A stretch of DNA of 64,000 nucleotides, from NCBI GenBank assembly GCA_028826165.1, contig JAPDFW010000057.1, forward strand, positions 248,001 to 312,000, in the 5' to 3' direction. Positions 23,601 to 36,613 of this stretch are shown in pieces (position 1 is the stretch's first letter; each line of letters opens with the position of its first letter). The notes below the pieces were generated by a model that did no database searches, had not been told where the DNA came from, and was given only the letters and a program-made list of their open reading frames with translations. The DNA is from Anaeramoeba ignava BMAN. Taxonomy: Eukaryota > Protista > Anaeramoebae. The position numbers and the translations under genes were made by a program.

Positions 23601-26600
23601 CATAATAATTATCAACTACTGAACTATAAGGAAAAGGTCTTCGGATTCTTCCTTTAATATTCCACAAGATTTTTTCCATTATTTGCTCTCTTTGTGATGA
23701 ATTTACACAAACAAAATAACTTCTTCCGTTTTCTGTAAAAATTTCCAATCCAATGTCTTGATGCGAAAAATTCCTTTTCAAAACGTTATTAATATCTTCA
23801 TTTTCCAGACACACACATTTACTGCCTATAATCCTTGATTTTCTTTTATCGAAAAGTTCATCTTCAAACAGTTCTTTTCTTTTGTTTTCCTTCTTCAAAT
23901 TTGTTTTTTTATATTTCTGAATAAATTCTTGGAAGTCTTTGTCTTGATATTTTGTATCAAATATTTTCTCCATAACCCAGTAAAAATCTGGTTTTGGTTC
24001 CAAATGAACAATTTTGCCTGCAATATCCACTCCAATATTATCCACAATAAAGACCTGATTTTGACTAATAATAAGTAATCCATTAACAAAATTCAATCCA
24101 AAAACTCTTGTGCAATTATATTTAAATAACCAATTCTCTGATTTCCCAAGAGCAACTTCCATATTTTTATGGAATAAACTTTCCTTCATTTCCTCTGAAT
24201 ACTTCCTTAATTTATCCTTCTTTTTCTTCTTGTTTTTTTTCGTCAATTTTTTTTCTTGATCCAAAAAATCAGATATCAAAACAGTTTTTTTACGGCTTGG
24301 ATGCTCCGTAAACCTCAATCTCCATTGCTTATTTTTACCGTCTAATCCTTTGATTTCTCTTAAATAATGCATTTTTTCCAAATCATATTCCACTTTGTTA
24401 AGATGAATTTCTTGGGCTTGTTTTATCAAAAAATTTCGATATCTTTCTTTTTCTTGCCTCAAAATTTCTTCATATTTTTCATCTATTGAAATGAGAAATT
24501 CCGTTTTTTCCCGATCAATATTTTGCATTTCTTCCTTTTCTTGAGCATTTGCTTTTTGAATTCGGGCTTTCCGGTTCTGCTCAATCTCGTTTCTTGTTGA
24601 TTCCCTCGAAATGACAAATTCATTTCTAATGCAAATTAATTGTGTGTTTATAATAATCTCTAATTCTTGCAGTTTAGATCCAAGAAATTGCGAAAATGAA
24701 TGTGGTGATTCCAACGAATCCAGCAATCCATCATCAAATATTGATCTTTGCTCTTGATTGATTTGCGGATAAACCAAAATCATTTTTGCCATTTTGGCAA
24801 TATTTTCATTTGAAAGTAAATTTTTCACAATCTGATAAATTTTCATTCTAATTTCCATATTGTCATACTTAAAAAAATTGGTAAATAAATAATAGAATTG
24901 GGTTCCAATCAGAAGAATATCTTGAGAAACATCCTCGTTTGTAAATATATCAATTCTTTTCTGGATTCTTGTCAATTTTGAGAGGCATGATTTTTCCAAA
25001 TTTGAGGTGTTTAATGAATTTTCTTGTTTTTCAATTAATTTTACTTGTTTTTGTTGTTTTACTTGTTTTTTCGAATCCTTTTGGTCTGTGTTAATTTCCA
25101 TCAATTCAAATTCATTCTCATCTTCGCTTAGATCTTCTTCCGTTAGAATTAGGTTCAAATTCTTATTCTTTTTCTTGAATTTCTTGAATTTCTTCATTTT
25201 ATTCTTATTGATATTTTGATCCAAATTTTCTTCGAAATCCAAAGATTTATTTATATCATTTTCATTTTGATTTTGATTTTGATTTTGATTTTGATTTTCA
25301 TTCTGATTGAAAAATTGATTTGATAGTAAATTCAATTTGTTGTCGGGATTTGAAATTAAAGAAGTGCTTTGTGAGAAATCATTCTGAATCATCCCAATAA
25401 AAACCATCAATGCTCCTTCATAAAACGACTGAATAAATTCTGCGCATTTTACTCCATGATAAACACTTTCCATCTTGCTGATATTATTGCTTTGCCCAAT
25501 TTGTATTTCTGAAAGAAGATTGCAAAAAAAATCAAAAACCTTTTCTTGTTGATAAAATCCCAAATAAAGATCACTAACCAAGATTTGGGAAAGAACCATC
25601 AGATTATTCAGCAAAAGATCATTTCGAAGACTATCTTTTTTGACAGAGTTTTGGATTTTAAAAAGTAAAATATGAACAAATTTTTCTCGAAATTCTTTTG
25701 ATAAAACTTCATTTGAAATTTTTTGTGTTTCTTTAATAATAAAGTGGAATAGCTCAATTGCTTTTGAGCTTGTTTGAAAATAGAAAACAAGGATATTCGC
25801 AAGAAGAATTGTTAATTTTTTGGAAACTGGATTTTTAATGATGATTGAATTCGAAACATTTCCCATTTTTTTGTTTGTAATTATTAAATCAATATTATTT
25901 TTGTTTTTGTTATTTTGATTTTGATTAGATTCTTCCATAAGATCCAAAACATAAACTCGATTTTTATGCAAAAGCAAATCCTCGTCCATTTTTAAAATGT
26001 ACTCAAATTTTTCCTTTTCGTTTTCTTGAAGAAAAATGGTTAAATTTTTGGTTTCAAATTTTTCAAGTAATTGTAACTTCATCTCCTGTTCGGTTAACAA
26101 ACGTGAATTTTCTAACTTTTGGATCGGGAAAATTACTTGCAATAATATTTTTGCAAATTTGGTACTTGAGGAAAATGAAAAGAAATCAACCGATTTTTTT
26201 TGTATGTTGAGAAGTGTGTTTACAATCTCGTTTGAAAATTGCAGATTTTCTTGATAATCCAAGTCTGAATCGAAAGTTCCCCCATTTAAATCATCATTTT
26301 GAATGGAATCAGATGAGAATTTGTACTTTAAATATTCTCGTTGATTTCTTTTCATCAATAGAAATAAAAACAATATCGGCTCTGGGAAATAAAAAGAAGG
26401 GAACTTTTGAGGATAAGAATTGACCAAAAATTCGAGCATTTTCTTGAGCTCTTGTTTTGTTCCCTGAAACTCAATAGGAAACTCCTCGATGCGAATTGCG
26501 AATGTAAGTGAAAATATTAATTTTGTGATAAACTGTTGATCGATTTGTGATTCTTCAAATAAAAAGTATATTTTATGCTCCATTTTGTGGAGATTTTCAG

Positions 26601-29600
26601 TGGATTTTAACGCAGTTTCATAGACTGATTTAGAATACAAAATGAGAGAAACGAATATTTTCAGTGCAATAATTTTGATGCTTTTGTATCTTTGCTTTCG
26701 GAAGATCATTAGGATCCAATCTTCGTTGAAGATCTTAAACAAAGAAAAGACTTTTTCTTTTTGCAAATTGATGCTGTTGCAAAAATGGTAAATTTCCTTA
26801 AGGAGAAGATTAGCAATTTGGATGCGAATGGGTAATTTTTGGAAAATTGAATATTCAATAATTTCGTTGCATTCAATCTCTTCTTTGTGTTCATTTTGAT
26901 TTTGGATCATTTGACTATTTTCCTGAAGGAGATGGATGCAAAAATTTGCGATTATTGACAACTCAGAGTCAAGTGCTCCATAATGAACAAAAATTCGGAT
27001 AATATATATAATTTTCAAAATGATAGGCTCTGAGACGCTATCATGCTGAAGAATCACAAACAATTTATCGAACAAATTCACTTTTCTTAATTGGTAAATA
27101 TTGAACTCCAGATATTCTTGTCCTGTTAAACACGAAAGAATGTTATCAAATACTCTTTGATAGCACTCGATTAAATGCGGGATTTCCCAAATTTCAATAT
27201 TCAAAAAAACACCAAGTTGTTCTGGATTGTTGATCACATTGGCATATTTCTGCTCGTCTTTAAAATAAACCAGTTCGAACAAGACATCCACACAATCTTG
27301 TCCAATAATATGCATTTTTTGCCTCAGAAAATGAGCCAGTATTTCAAATGCGTGATTTTGTTTCAAGGCTTGGAAATTAATTGGATTCGAATTTGAAACG
27401 TTAACAAAAAACTTCAAAAAAGTCAAAATATTAAATTTGTTTGTCATTTTCACAAAATTGACCATCAATGATCTCATCTCTCCTGAGTTAACCAACTGAT
27501 TCACAAAATCCCGAGAAGCAAAACGGATAACTTCTCCTTGCAAAGATCCATAAATGTGATTTCTGTTTGAGTTTACATTTAAGATGCATTTTTTGGATTG
27601 CTTTTCTTTTTGCAAAGTTGGATTTTTTTGCGGTTTGCGTTTTTTTGAGTAACTTGGATTGAATCCAAAAATAACTTTTTTATGGATCAATGGTGATTTT
27701 TGTTTGAGTGATTCCAAAAAATATTGGATTTCTTGTGGGTTTTTTCCTTGCGATATTAAAATTTCAAGTGATTTTGAATTTAATTGTTTTGGAAAGTGTT
27801 GGTTGAATGTTTCTTTGTTTTCCACAAATGTTCCACAATAATGTGGACCAATTAAAAATAGCCGAAGAATATTATCATCGCCAATGGTTCCATCGTAAAA
27901 ATAGATCTGGCCAATTTTCCATCCTGTGTTTTGTGTTTTGGGTTTTTTGCTATTTTCTTTATTTTCATCAATATTTTTTGGTTCATCTCCAATAATTGCA
28001 AATGATTCTCTTGAATTTGGCAGCATTTGAGGATAGGAGGTTTTTAGTGTTTGAATTAATTTCCCATCAACAAAGAATTTGGCTTCGCTTTTTTGGAGTT
28101 TATTTTTTGAATATGTGATCGCAATATGAGTCCAAGTTTGATTTTGCGAAAATTGGAATTTATCAAAACAGACAATTTCTTTGTCTGAATTGTAAATGGA
28201 AAGTGTTCTTCCTGAAACGTAAATTTTCATTCTGCTCTTTTTGTCAGTTGAAATGATTGTGAGAATATTGATTTCAGAATGGACATTCAATTTCTCGAAG
28301 AAAATCCAGCAAGTGAAAGAAAATCCTGATTGCGGAATCCAATCCTTTGAGTTGAGGTTGGAAATGACTATTCTTCCTTGTTTTTTTGCGTTTTCTTCAA
28401 ATCCGAAAAAGGGATGATTGCCTTTTTGGTCAATAATCCCTAAAAGTGTTGCGAATGAATTTTCTGAAATGTTTTGAGTTTGCAATAAAGAAGATAATTT
28501 CTTGGTTTCTTTTATAGATAAAGAGAAAGAGGTTTGTTTTTTAAGAATTGAAACGATGATTTGCTTTAATTTTTCATTTTGGTTTTCGTGCAATAAAACA
28601 TGTTCATAATTTCTTATAATTTTATCGCAAACCTCAATTTTCTTCATTTTTTCCATATTGATTTCTTTTGCTTCAATAATAAACAATATTTTTTCAAGAA
28701 ATCCAATTTGGTGATCCAGATCCAAGTTGCATTTTTCAAATAAACGGAATGCAAATTCAATAGATGTTGGATTAACGAGTTTAATTTTGCTCCAAATTTT
28801 GCTATCGTTTTTGATTTCTGTTAAAATTTTTGATGAGAAAAGCAAATCCGGATTTTCAACCGAAATGTCAAGCAAAAAATTCAAGAAATTAAATATGGTT
28901 TGCGAAGAGATTTGCTTTGGAATACTTGCTTCAGCTTGGGCAATCAAATCTTCTGTTGTTTTTTTAAATAATTTGCGATTGGAAATTGATTTTCTTAAGG
29001 CATAAATAATCACAATAACTTGGAAACGAATTAAATCATTGATTTTGTTTTGAGTTTGGGAATCATAATCTCTGGTTAAAAAATGAACAATATATGACAT
29101 GCAAACTTTAAATCCATCGCATTTCCTAAATATTCTTTTACTTCTTTTATTTCCACGCAAAATATTGGAAAGTATTCGATAAATTTCTTGCGTGTATTCT
29201 ATGTTGTCATATTGCTCTTTGTTTTGTATTTCTTGAAAAAGAAAATGCATTTCGTTGTGTTTTTGTTTTGAATCTTGTTTTATCAAGATTTCCATTAAGG
29301 AGAGTGATTTTTGCCAAAAAGGTTCAGGCATTTTAGCCAATTTTATAAGTTCAGCAAATCCTTGTTTTGTTCTGAAAATATTTTGAGTATTTTCTAAGTT
29401 TTGAAGGAAAATTTCCAAGTTGATCATAATTTGTTCGAATATTGGAATTATAGTTTGTATATTTTCATTTGGATTTGCATTCTCCATTTCTTTTGATTTG
29501 CCAATTAGCTCCATTTTTGAGACTATTTTGCTTAAAATTTTCAATGAAATGGAAAACATTTTTTCAGAGAAAAAAACTTGATATTTTTTGTTTTCATTCA

Positions 29601-31226
29601 TTAATTGGTTAGCATTTTGATAAATTAAAATCAAGGTTTGATTGGGAATTTTTTGAGTAGTTAAATTGATTATATTTTGCCAATCTTTAGACGTAATTCC
29701 AAAGTATTTTAAAGACAATCCATAAATGAATTCGAATATTTTTGACTAAAATTTCAAAAAAAAAAGAAAAAACAATTTGATTATTTGATTTTTGTTTGTT
29801 TTTCTTCTTCTTCTTCAATAAATAATTTACTCTCAAATTAAACGGAAAACGATTGAGTTGACCAAAGAATAAATCGTTGTTAAATTCTTGAAGAGAAATA
29901 TAATTGAACGCATTCATCTTTTCGATATCAATGATTTTTTCAACAACCATTTTTTGGATTTGAGAATTAAATTTTTCTTTTGATGCTAAATCAACTAAAT
30001 TCTTCAAAATAAGAAAGGCTTGAATATTTGTAATTTTGCTCTTAGAATCAGCATTTTGGGAGATTTTTTCAATCGCAAATTTTGATGGTTTAATTTTGGG
30101 TATTTCTGTGCCTTGAATAAATGAATACGATCCAAGAATTGAGATGAATTCTTCTAAATTTTGGGCTTGTATATTTGGAGAGGAAAGGAAGTTGATTGCT
30201 GTTTGCTCGAGAATACTGAATCCTTTTTGATTTAGAAATGTTTTAGCAGCATTTTTATTTTGCATCAAAAGGGACACGATAAATAAAGTTATTGATAGAG
30301 TTTTGATAGAGTTTTCGCCATCAAATGTTTGCATTTGAGATATGAATATTTTGATTAATGTTCCATTTTGGATTTTTGAGTTGATATTATTGGGCAAATT
30401 TTGGGAAGTGAGGATTTCTTGAATAAATTTTCTTAATGAAAAAAAAAGAAATTCAGAATTTGAATTAATTTTGAAATCAATAAGAAATTGAACGAGTTTT
30501 TCGATATCAATTTTGTTTTTTGTTTCTAAATCGAGATCTGATTTTTCTAAGAGTTGAATTTGAAGCGTAAATAATTGGTTTATAAAATCTGTTTTAAAGA
30601 AAAAGAAAATATTAAATAAACTTTGTTATTGATTTTTTAAAAAAGAAAAAAATTCACTTTGAAAAATCAAATTTTCATTTTTTGATATTTCTAGTAGAAT
30701 TTCGCTATTTGAAATTATAATTTGAAGGAGATTGTAAGATAAATTGAATATCTCATCATAAGAAGATGATTTTAATTGCTTATGCTTATTAATTATTGAA
30801 AGAATAATTGTTAAAATTTTAACAATTTTTTTTTCTTCAGAATTTTTTGAAAAAACTGAATAAAATTGATCATAAATATTTTGGGTATTTAAGTGAGAAA
30901 ACTGTTTAAAAATTGAGATGAATTGTTGAATAAATAATTGGAGAAGTTCTTCTGTTTTTGATTGACTATTTAATTTGATTCAAAAAAAATTTTTTTGTTT
31001 AATTTTATTATTTTTAACTTAATTTTTAAATTTTTTTTTACTCTTGAAAAATATTTTGAGAATCTTTTTTTGTAAAATGTTCTTCACATAAACTTGTTAA
31101 ATTCAAAATAATTTCTTCATAATTTTGGATTTCTTTTTCTTTTGTTATTATTGTAAATAATCTTCTTATTTCTAAGATGTTTGTTAAATCATCCCATTGA
31201 ATTCTTGTTTCTTTTGAATTTTTCAT
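20631..31226 (-). CDS. Large BEACH-domain protein with ConA-like, PH, BEACH, WD40 and C-terminal FYVE domains (WDFY3/ALFY/LvsA-like), multi-exon
   Basis: BEACH motifs [56 protein letters not shown] and LHQWIDLIFGYKQ; WD repeats; FYVE KKHHCKRCGQIVC...RICDQC. Confidence 0.9.
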
Positions 31227-31319
31227 TTATAAAAACAATAAAAAAAATGAAAGAAAAATGAAAATGAAAAAAAATCGAAAAAATTTAAATCCAATTTTTA
31301 AATTCAATTTTAAATCGAA

Positions 31320-34255
31320 ATCAAATATTTAAATCAAATATTTAAATCAATTATTTAAATAAAATATTTAAATCAAATACTTAAATCAAATATTTAAATC
31401 AAATATTTAAATCAAATATTTAAATCAAATTTAAATCAAATACTTAAATCAATATTTAAATCAAATATTTAAATCAAATATTTAAATCAATATTTAAATC
31501 AAATATTTAAATCAAATATTTAAATTAAATATTTAAATCAAATATTTAAATCAAATATTTAAATCAAATATTTAAATCAAATATTTAAATCAAATATTTA
31601 AATCAAATATTTAAATCAAATATTTAAATCAAATATTTAAATCAAATATTTAAATCAAATATTTAAATCTAATATTTAAATCAAATATTTAAATCAAATA
31701 TTTAAATCAAATATTTAAATCAAATATTTAAATCAAATATTTAAATCAAATATTTAAATCAATATATTTAAATCAAATATTTAAATCAAATATTTTAAAT
31801 CAAATATTTAAATCAATATTTAAATCAAATATTTAAATCAAATATTTAAATCAAATATTTAAATCAAATATTTAAATCAAATATTTAAATCAAATATTTA
31901 AATCAATTATTTAAATCAAATATTTAAATCAAATATTTAAATCAAATATTTAAATCAAATATTTAAATCAAATATTTAAATCAAATATTTAAATCAAATA
32001 TTTAAATCAAATATTTAAATCAAATATTTAAATCAAATATTTAAATCAAATATTTAAATCTATTTAAATCAAATATTTAAATCAAATATTTAAATCAAAT
32101 ATTTAAATCAAATATTTAAATCAAATATTTAAAATCAAATATTTAAATCAAAATATTTTAAATCAAATATTTAAATCTAATATTTAAATCAAATATTTAA
32201 ATCAAATATTTAAATCAAATATTTTAAATCAAATATTTAAAAAAAATATTTAAATCAAATATTTAAATCAAATATTTAAATCAAATATTTAAATCAAATA
32301 TTTAAATCAAATATTTAAATCAAATATTTAAATCAAATATTTAAATCAAATATTTAAATCAAATATTTAAATAAAATATTAAAATCAAATATTTAAATCA
32401 AATATTTAAATCAAATATTTAAATCAAATATTAAAATCAAATATTTAAATCAAATATTTAAATCAAATATTTAAATCAAATATTTTAATAAAATATTTAA
32501 ATCAAATATTTAAATCAAATATTTAAATCAAATATTTAAATCAAATATTTAAATCAAATATTTAAAATTTAAAAAAATATTTAAATTATTTTTAAATCAA
32601 ATATTTAAATCAAATATTTAAATCAAATATTTAAATCAAATATTTTAAATCAAAATATTTAAATTAAATATTTTAAATCAAATATTTAAATCAAATATTT
32701 AAATAAAAATATTTAAATCAAATATTTTTAAATAAATATTTAAAAAATATTTAAATCAAATATTTAAATCAAATATTTAAATCAAATATTTAAATCAAAT
32801 ATTTTAAATCAAATATTTAAATCAAATATTTAAATCAAATATTTAAATCAAATATTTAAATCAAAATATTTAAATCAAATATTTAAATCAAATATTTAAA
32901 TTAAATATTTAAATCAAATATTTAAATCAAATATTTAAATCAAATATTTAAATCAAATATTTAAATCAAATATTTAAATCAAATATTTAAATCAAAAATA
33001 TTTAAATCAAATATTTAAATCAAATATTTAAAATATTTAAATCAAATATTTAAATCAAATATTTAAATCAAATATTTAGATCTAAATCAAATATTTAAAT
33101 CAAATATTTTAAATCAAATATTTAAATCAAAATATTTAAATCAAATATTTAAATCAAATATTTAAATCTCCAATATTTAAAAAATATTTAAATCAAATAT
33201 TTAAATAAAAAATATTTAAATCAAAATTATTTAAAAAATCTAATATTTAAATCAAATATTTAAATCAAAATATTTAAATCAAATATTTAAATCAAATATT
33301 TAAATCAAATATTTAAATCAAATATTTAAAAATCTATTTATTTCAAATTTAAAATATTTTAAATCAAATATTTAAATCAAATATTTAAATCAAATATTTA
33401 AATAAATAAATTTTAAAAAATATTTAAAATTAAATCGAAATTTATTTTAAATCAAATATTTTAAATTAATATTTAAATCTAAATATTTAAATCAAATATT
33501 TAAATAAAATATTTAAAAAAAATATTTAAATCAAAAATATTTTAAATCAAATTATTTAAATTTAAATTAAATATTTAAATCAAATATTTAAATCAAATAT
33601 TTAAATCAAATATTTAAATAAAATATAAATTTAAATCAAATATTTAAATCAAATATTTAAATAAAATATTTAAAATCAAATATTTTAAATCAAATATTTA
33701 AATCAAATATTTAAATCAAATATTTAAATCAAATATTTAAATCAAATATTTAAATCAAATATTTAAATCAAATATTTAAATCAAATATTTTAAATCAAAT
33801 ATTTAAATCAAATATTTAAATCAAATATTTAAATCAAATATTTAAATCAAATATTTAAATCAAATATTTAAATCTAATATTTAAATCAAATATTTAAATC
33901 AAATATTTAAATCTAATATTTAAATCAAATATTTAAATCAAATATTTAAATCAAATATTTAAATCAAATATTTAAATCAAATATTTAAATCAAAATATTT
34001 AAAATCTAATATTTAAATCAAAAATTTTAAATCTAATATTTAAATCAAATATTTAAATCTAATATTTAAATCAAATATTTAAATCTAATATTTAAATCAA
34101 ATATTTAAATCAAATATTTAAATCAAATATTTAAATCAAATATTTAAATCAAATATTTAAATCAAATATTTAAATCAATTATTTAAATCAAATATTTAAA
34201 TAAAATATTTAAATCAAATATTTAAATCAAATATTTAAATCAAATATTTAAATAA
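31320..34255. repeat. ~2.9 kb 13-bp satellite (ATATTTAAATCAA)n between divergently transcribed genes
   Basis: Directly visible, highly homogeneous tandem array. Confidence 0.95.
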
Positions 34256-34500
34256 AATTTTTAAATAAATTTTGAGAATAGAAAAATCAAAAAATTATGC
34301 TCAAAAATATTTTAAAGAAAAATAAAATCAAAAAATTGTTAAAAATTTTTCACTATCAAAAAAAAAATAAGATCAAATAAAGAAAAAAAAAAGTCTAATT
34401 TATCCAAAACTCTACAATTTTTTTGATTTTATTTTTTGTTATAGAAAGTAAAAATAAAATCAAAAATACTTAGATCAATAAATCCATTTTTTTTTTACAA

Positions 34501-36346
34501 ATGAATAATTTGAATATGATTTTACTTTTATTAATTTTGTTTTTAAGTAGTTTTTGTTTAGAGAATCAATGTAGGTTTCAAGGAAATCCTCCTCTTGTTT
34601 GGGAAAAACCACCACAACCTTATAATTTGACAAATTTAGCTTGTTTTGAATATTATGATTATTTTGATGGTCATGTTTGTTGTAATGCAAGCCAAGCTCT
34701 TTTTTTTAAAGAAAATTTTGCTGAAGCCGTTTCTTTCTTTGGATCTTGTTCTGCTTGTTTAAAAAATATTTACTTCACTTGGTGCAATTATGCTTGTCAT
34801 CCAAATCAATGTAATTCAAATCAAATCAAATATTAAATTCAAATTCAAATCAAATATCAAATTAAATTAAATTAAATTAAATTAAATTAAATTAAATCAA
34901 ATCAAATTAAATTAAAATTAAATATTAAATCAAATATTAAATCAAATATTAAATCAAATATTAAATCAAATATTAAATATCAAATTCAAATTAAATTTAA
35001 TCCAAATCAAATATTAAATCAAATTAAAAATTAAATATCAAATTAAATTAAATCAAATAAAATTAAATATCAAATCAAATCCAAATCAAATTAAATCAAA
35101 TATTAAATTAAATATTAAATTAAATATTAAATTAAATTAAATTAAATCAAATTAAATCAAATTAAATCAAATATTTAATTAAATCAAATTAAATCAAATA
35201 TCAAATTAAATCAAATTAAATATCAAATTAAATCAAATCAAATTAAATCAAATCCAAATAAAATTAAATCAAATCAAATCCAAATCAAATATTAAATCAA
35301 ATATCAAATTAAATTAAATTAAATCAAATCAAATTAAAAAATTAAATTAAATCAAATCAAATCAAATATCAAATTAAATTAAATATCAAATTAAATCAAA
35401 TCAAATTAAATTCAAATTAAATTCAAATATCAAATTCAAATTCAAATTAAATCAAATCAAATATCAAATTAAAATCAAATATCAAATCAAATTAAATATC
35501 AAATTAAATCAAATCAAATTAAATATCAAATCAAATATCAAATTAAATTAAATCAAATATTAAATCAAATTCAAATTAAATTAAATATCAAATCAAATAT
35601 CAAATTAAATTAAATATCAAATTAAATCAAATATCAAATATTAAATATTAAATTAAATATCAAATTCAAATCTTAAATATTTGAATCTAATATTTAAATA
35701 AAATATCAAATCAAATTAAATATCAAATTAAATATTAAATTCAAATTAAATTTAAATCCAAAAAATTTAATCCAAAAAAGCTGATTATGTTAATAGTTCA
35801 AATCATGTTAATGGAGAACCTTTACAAAATCCTACGTTTAAAATATGTAGAAGATGGGCTAAACAAGTTTATGAATCTTGTCAGTTTGTTCCTTTTGTAT
35901 CTGCAATGTGGCCAACTTATGTAGCTTTTTGGTTAACTCAAGCAGCATCAGCAATTCCAGTTCCAGTTACTTTAGAATTTCCTCCAAGTAAATAATCAAA
36001 AATCAAAAAATCAAAAAATTAAAAAATCAAAAATTAAAAATTCAAAAATTCAAAAATTCAAAAATTAGATGATCAAGATGATGATCCAAATTATTGGTGT
36101 CCTTTAGATAAAATTAGACCATGTCAAGATGAATGTGATTGTTTAGTTTGTCCTTCAGCTTGTGAAGGAACAAATGATATTTCTTATATAGATAATGATT
36201 GTAAAGTTGGAAAACTCTCTTGTTTTACTTTTTATTTAATTCTTGGTTGTTCTTTTATTGGTTTTGCTTTTTTATTTTCAATTATAAGAAGAATAATTTT
36301 TCGGAACAAAAAAGTTGGATTTGAGAAAAAACCCATTTTAAATTGA
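34501..36346 (+). CDS. Stand-alone NPC1 N-terminal (sterol-binding) domain protein with a single TM helix and short tail; 3 exons
   Basis: Signal peptide; CCNASQ...FFGSCSACLKNIYFTWCNYACHPNQ|SDYVN...VYESC...CDCLVCPSAC...CKVGKLSC follows the NPC1/Ncr1 NTD Cys pattern; then a TM helix and ...EKKPILN*. Confidence 0.75.
34812..35780. repeat. AAATC/AAATT/AAATATC simple-repeat-filled intron
   Basis: Directly visible between GT (~34811) and AG (~35780). Confidence 0.85.
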
Positions 36347-36613
36347 AAAAAAAAAAATTACAATAATAAAATTAAAAACTAAAAAATTTTCCTTTTTAAT
36401 TTTTTTCCCTAATTCCAAAAAAAAAAAAATGATTTAATTGAATTTCATTGGATTGAATCAAATCAATACATCTTTCAAGGAATTTATTGATGCGATTCTT
36501 AGAAAAATAAAAAGAAAATAAAATAAACTGAAAAGAATCAATTCTTTTTTATTCTTTGATTTTTTTTTGATTTTTTTTTGATTTGATTTTGATTGTGAAT
36601 TTTTCATTTAAAA

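Noticed and set aside
31320-34255. CRISPR array or telomeric repeat
   Set aside because: No unique spacers, no G-rich strand, internal position, eukaryotic context.
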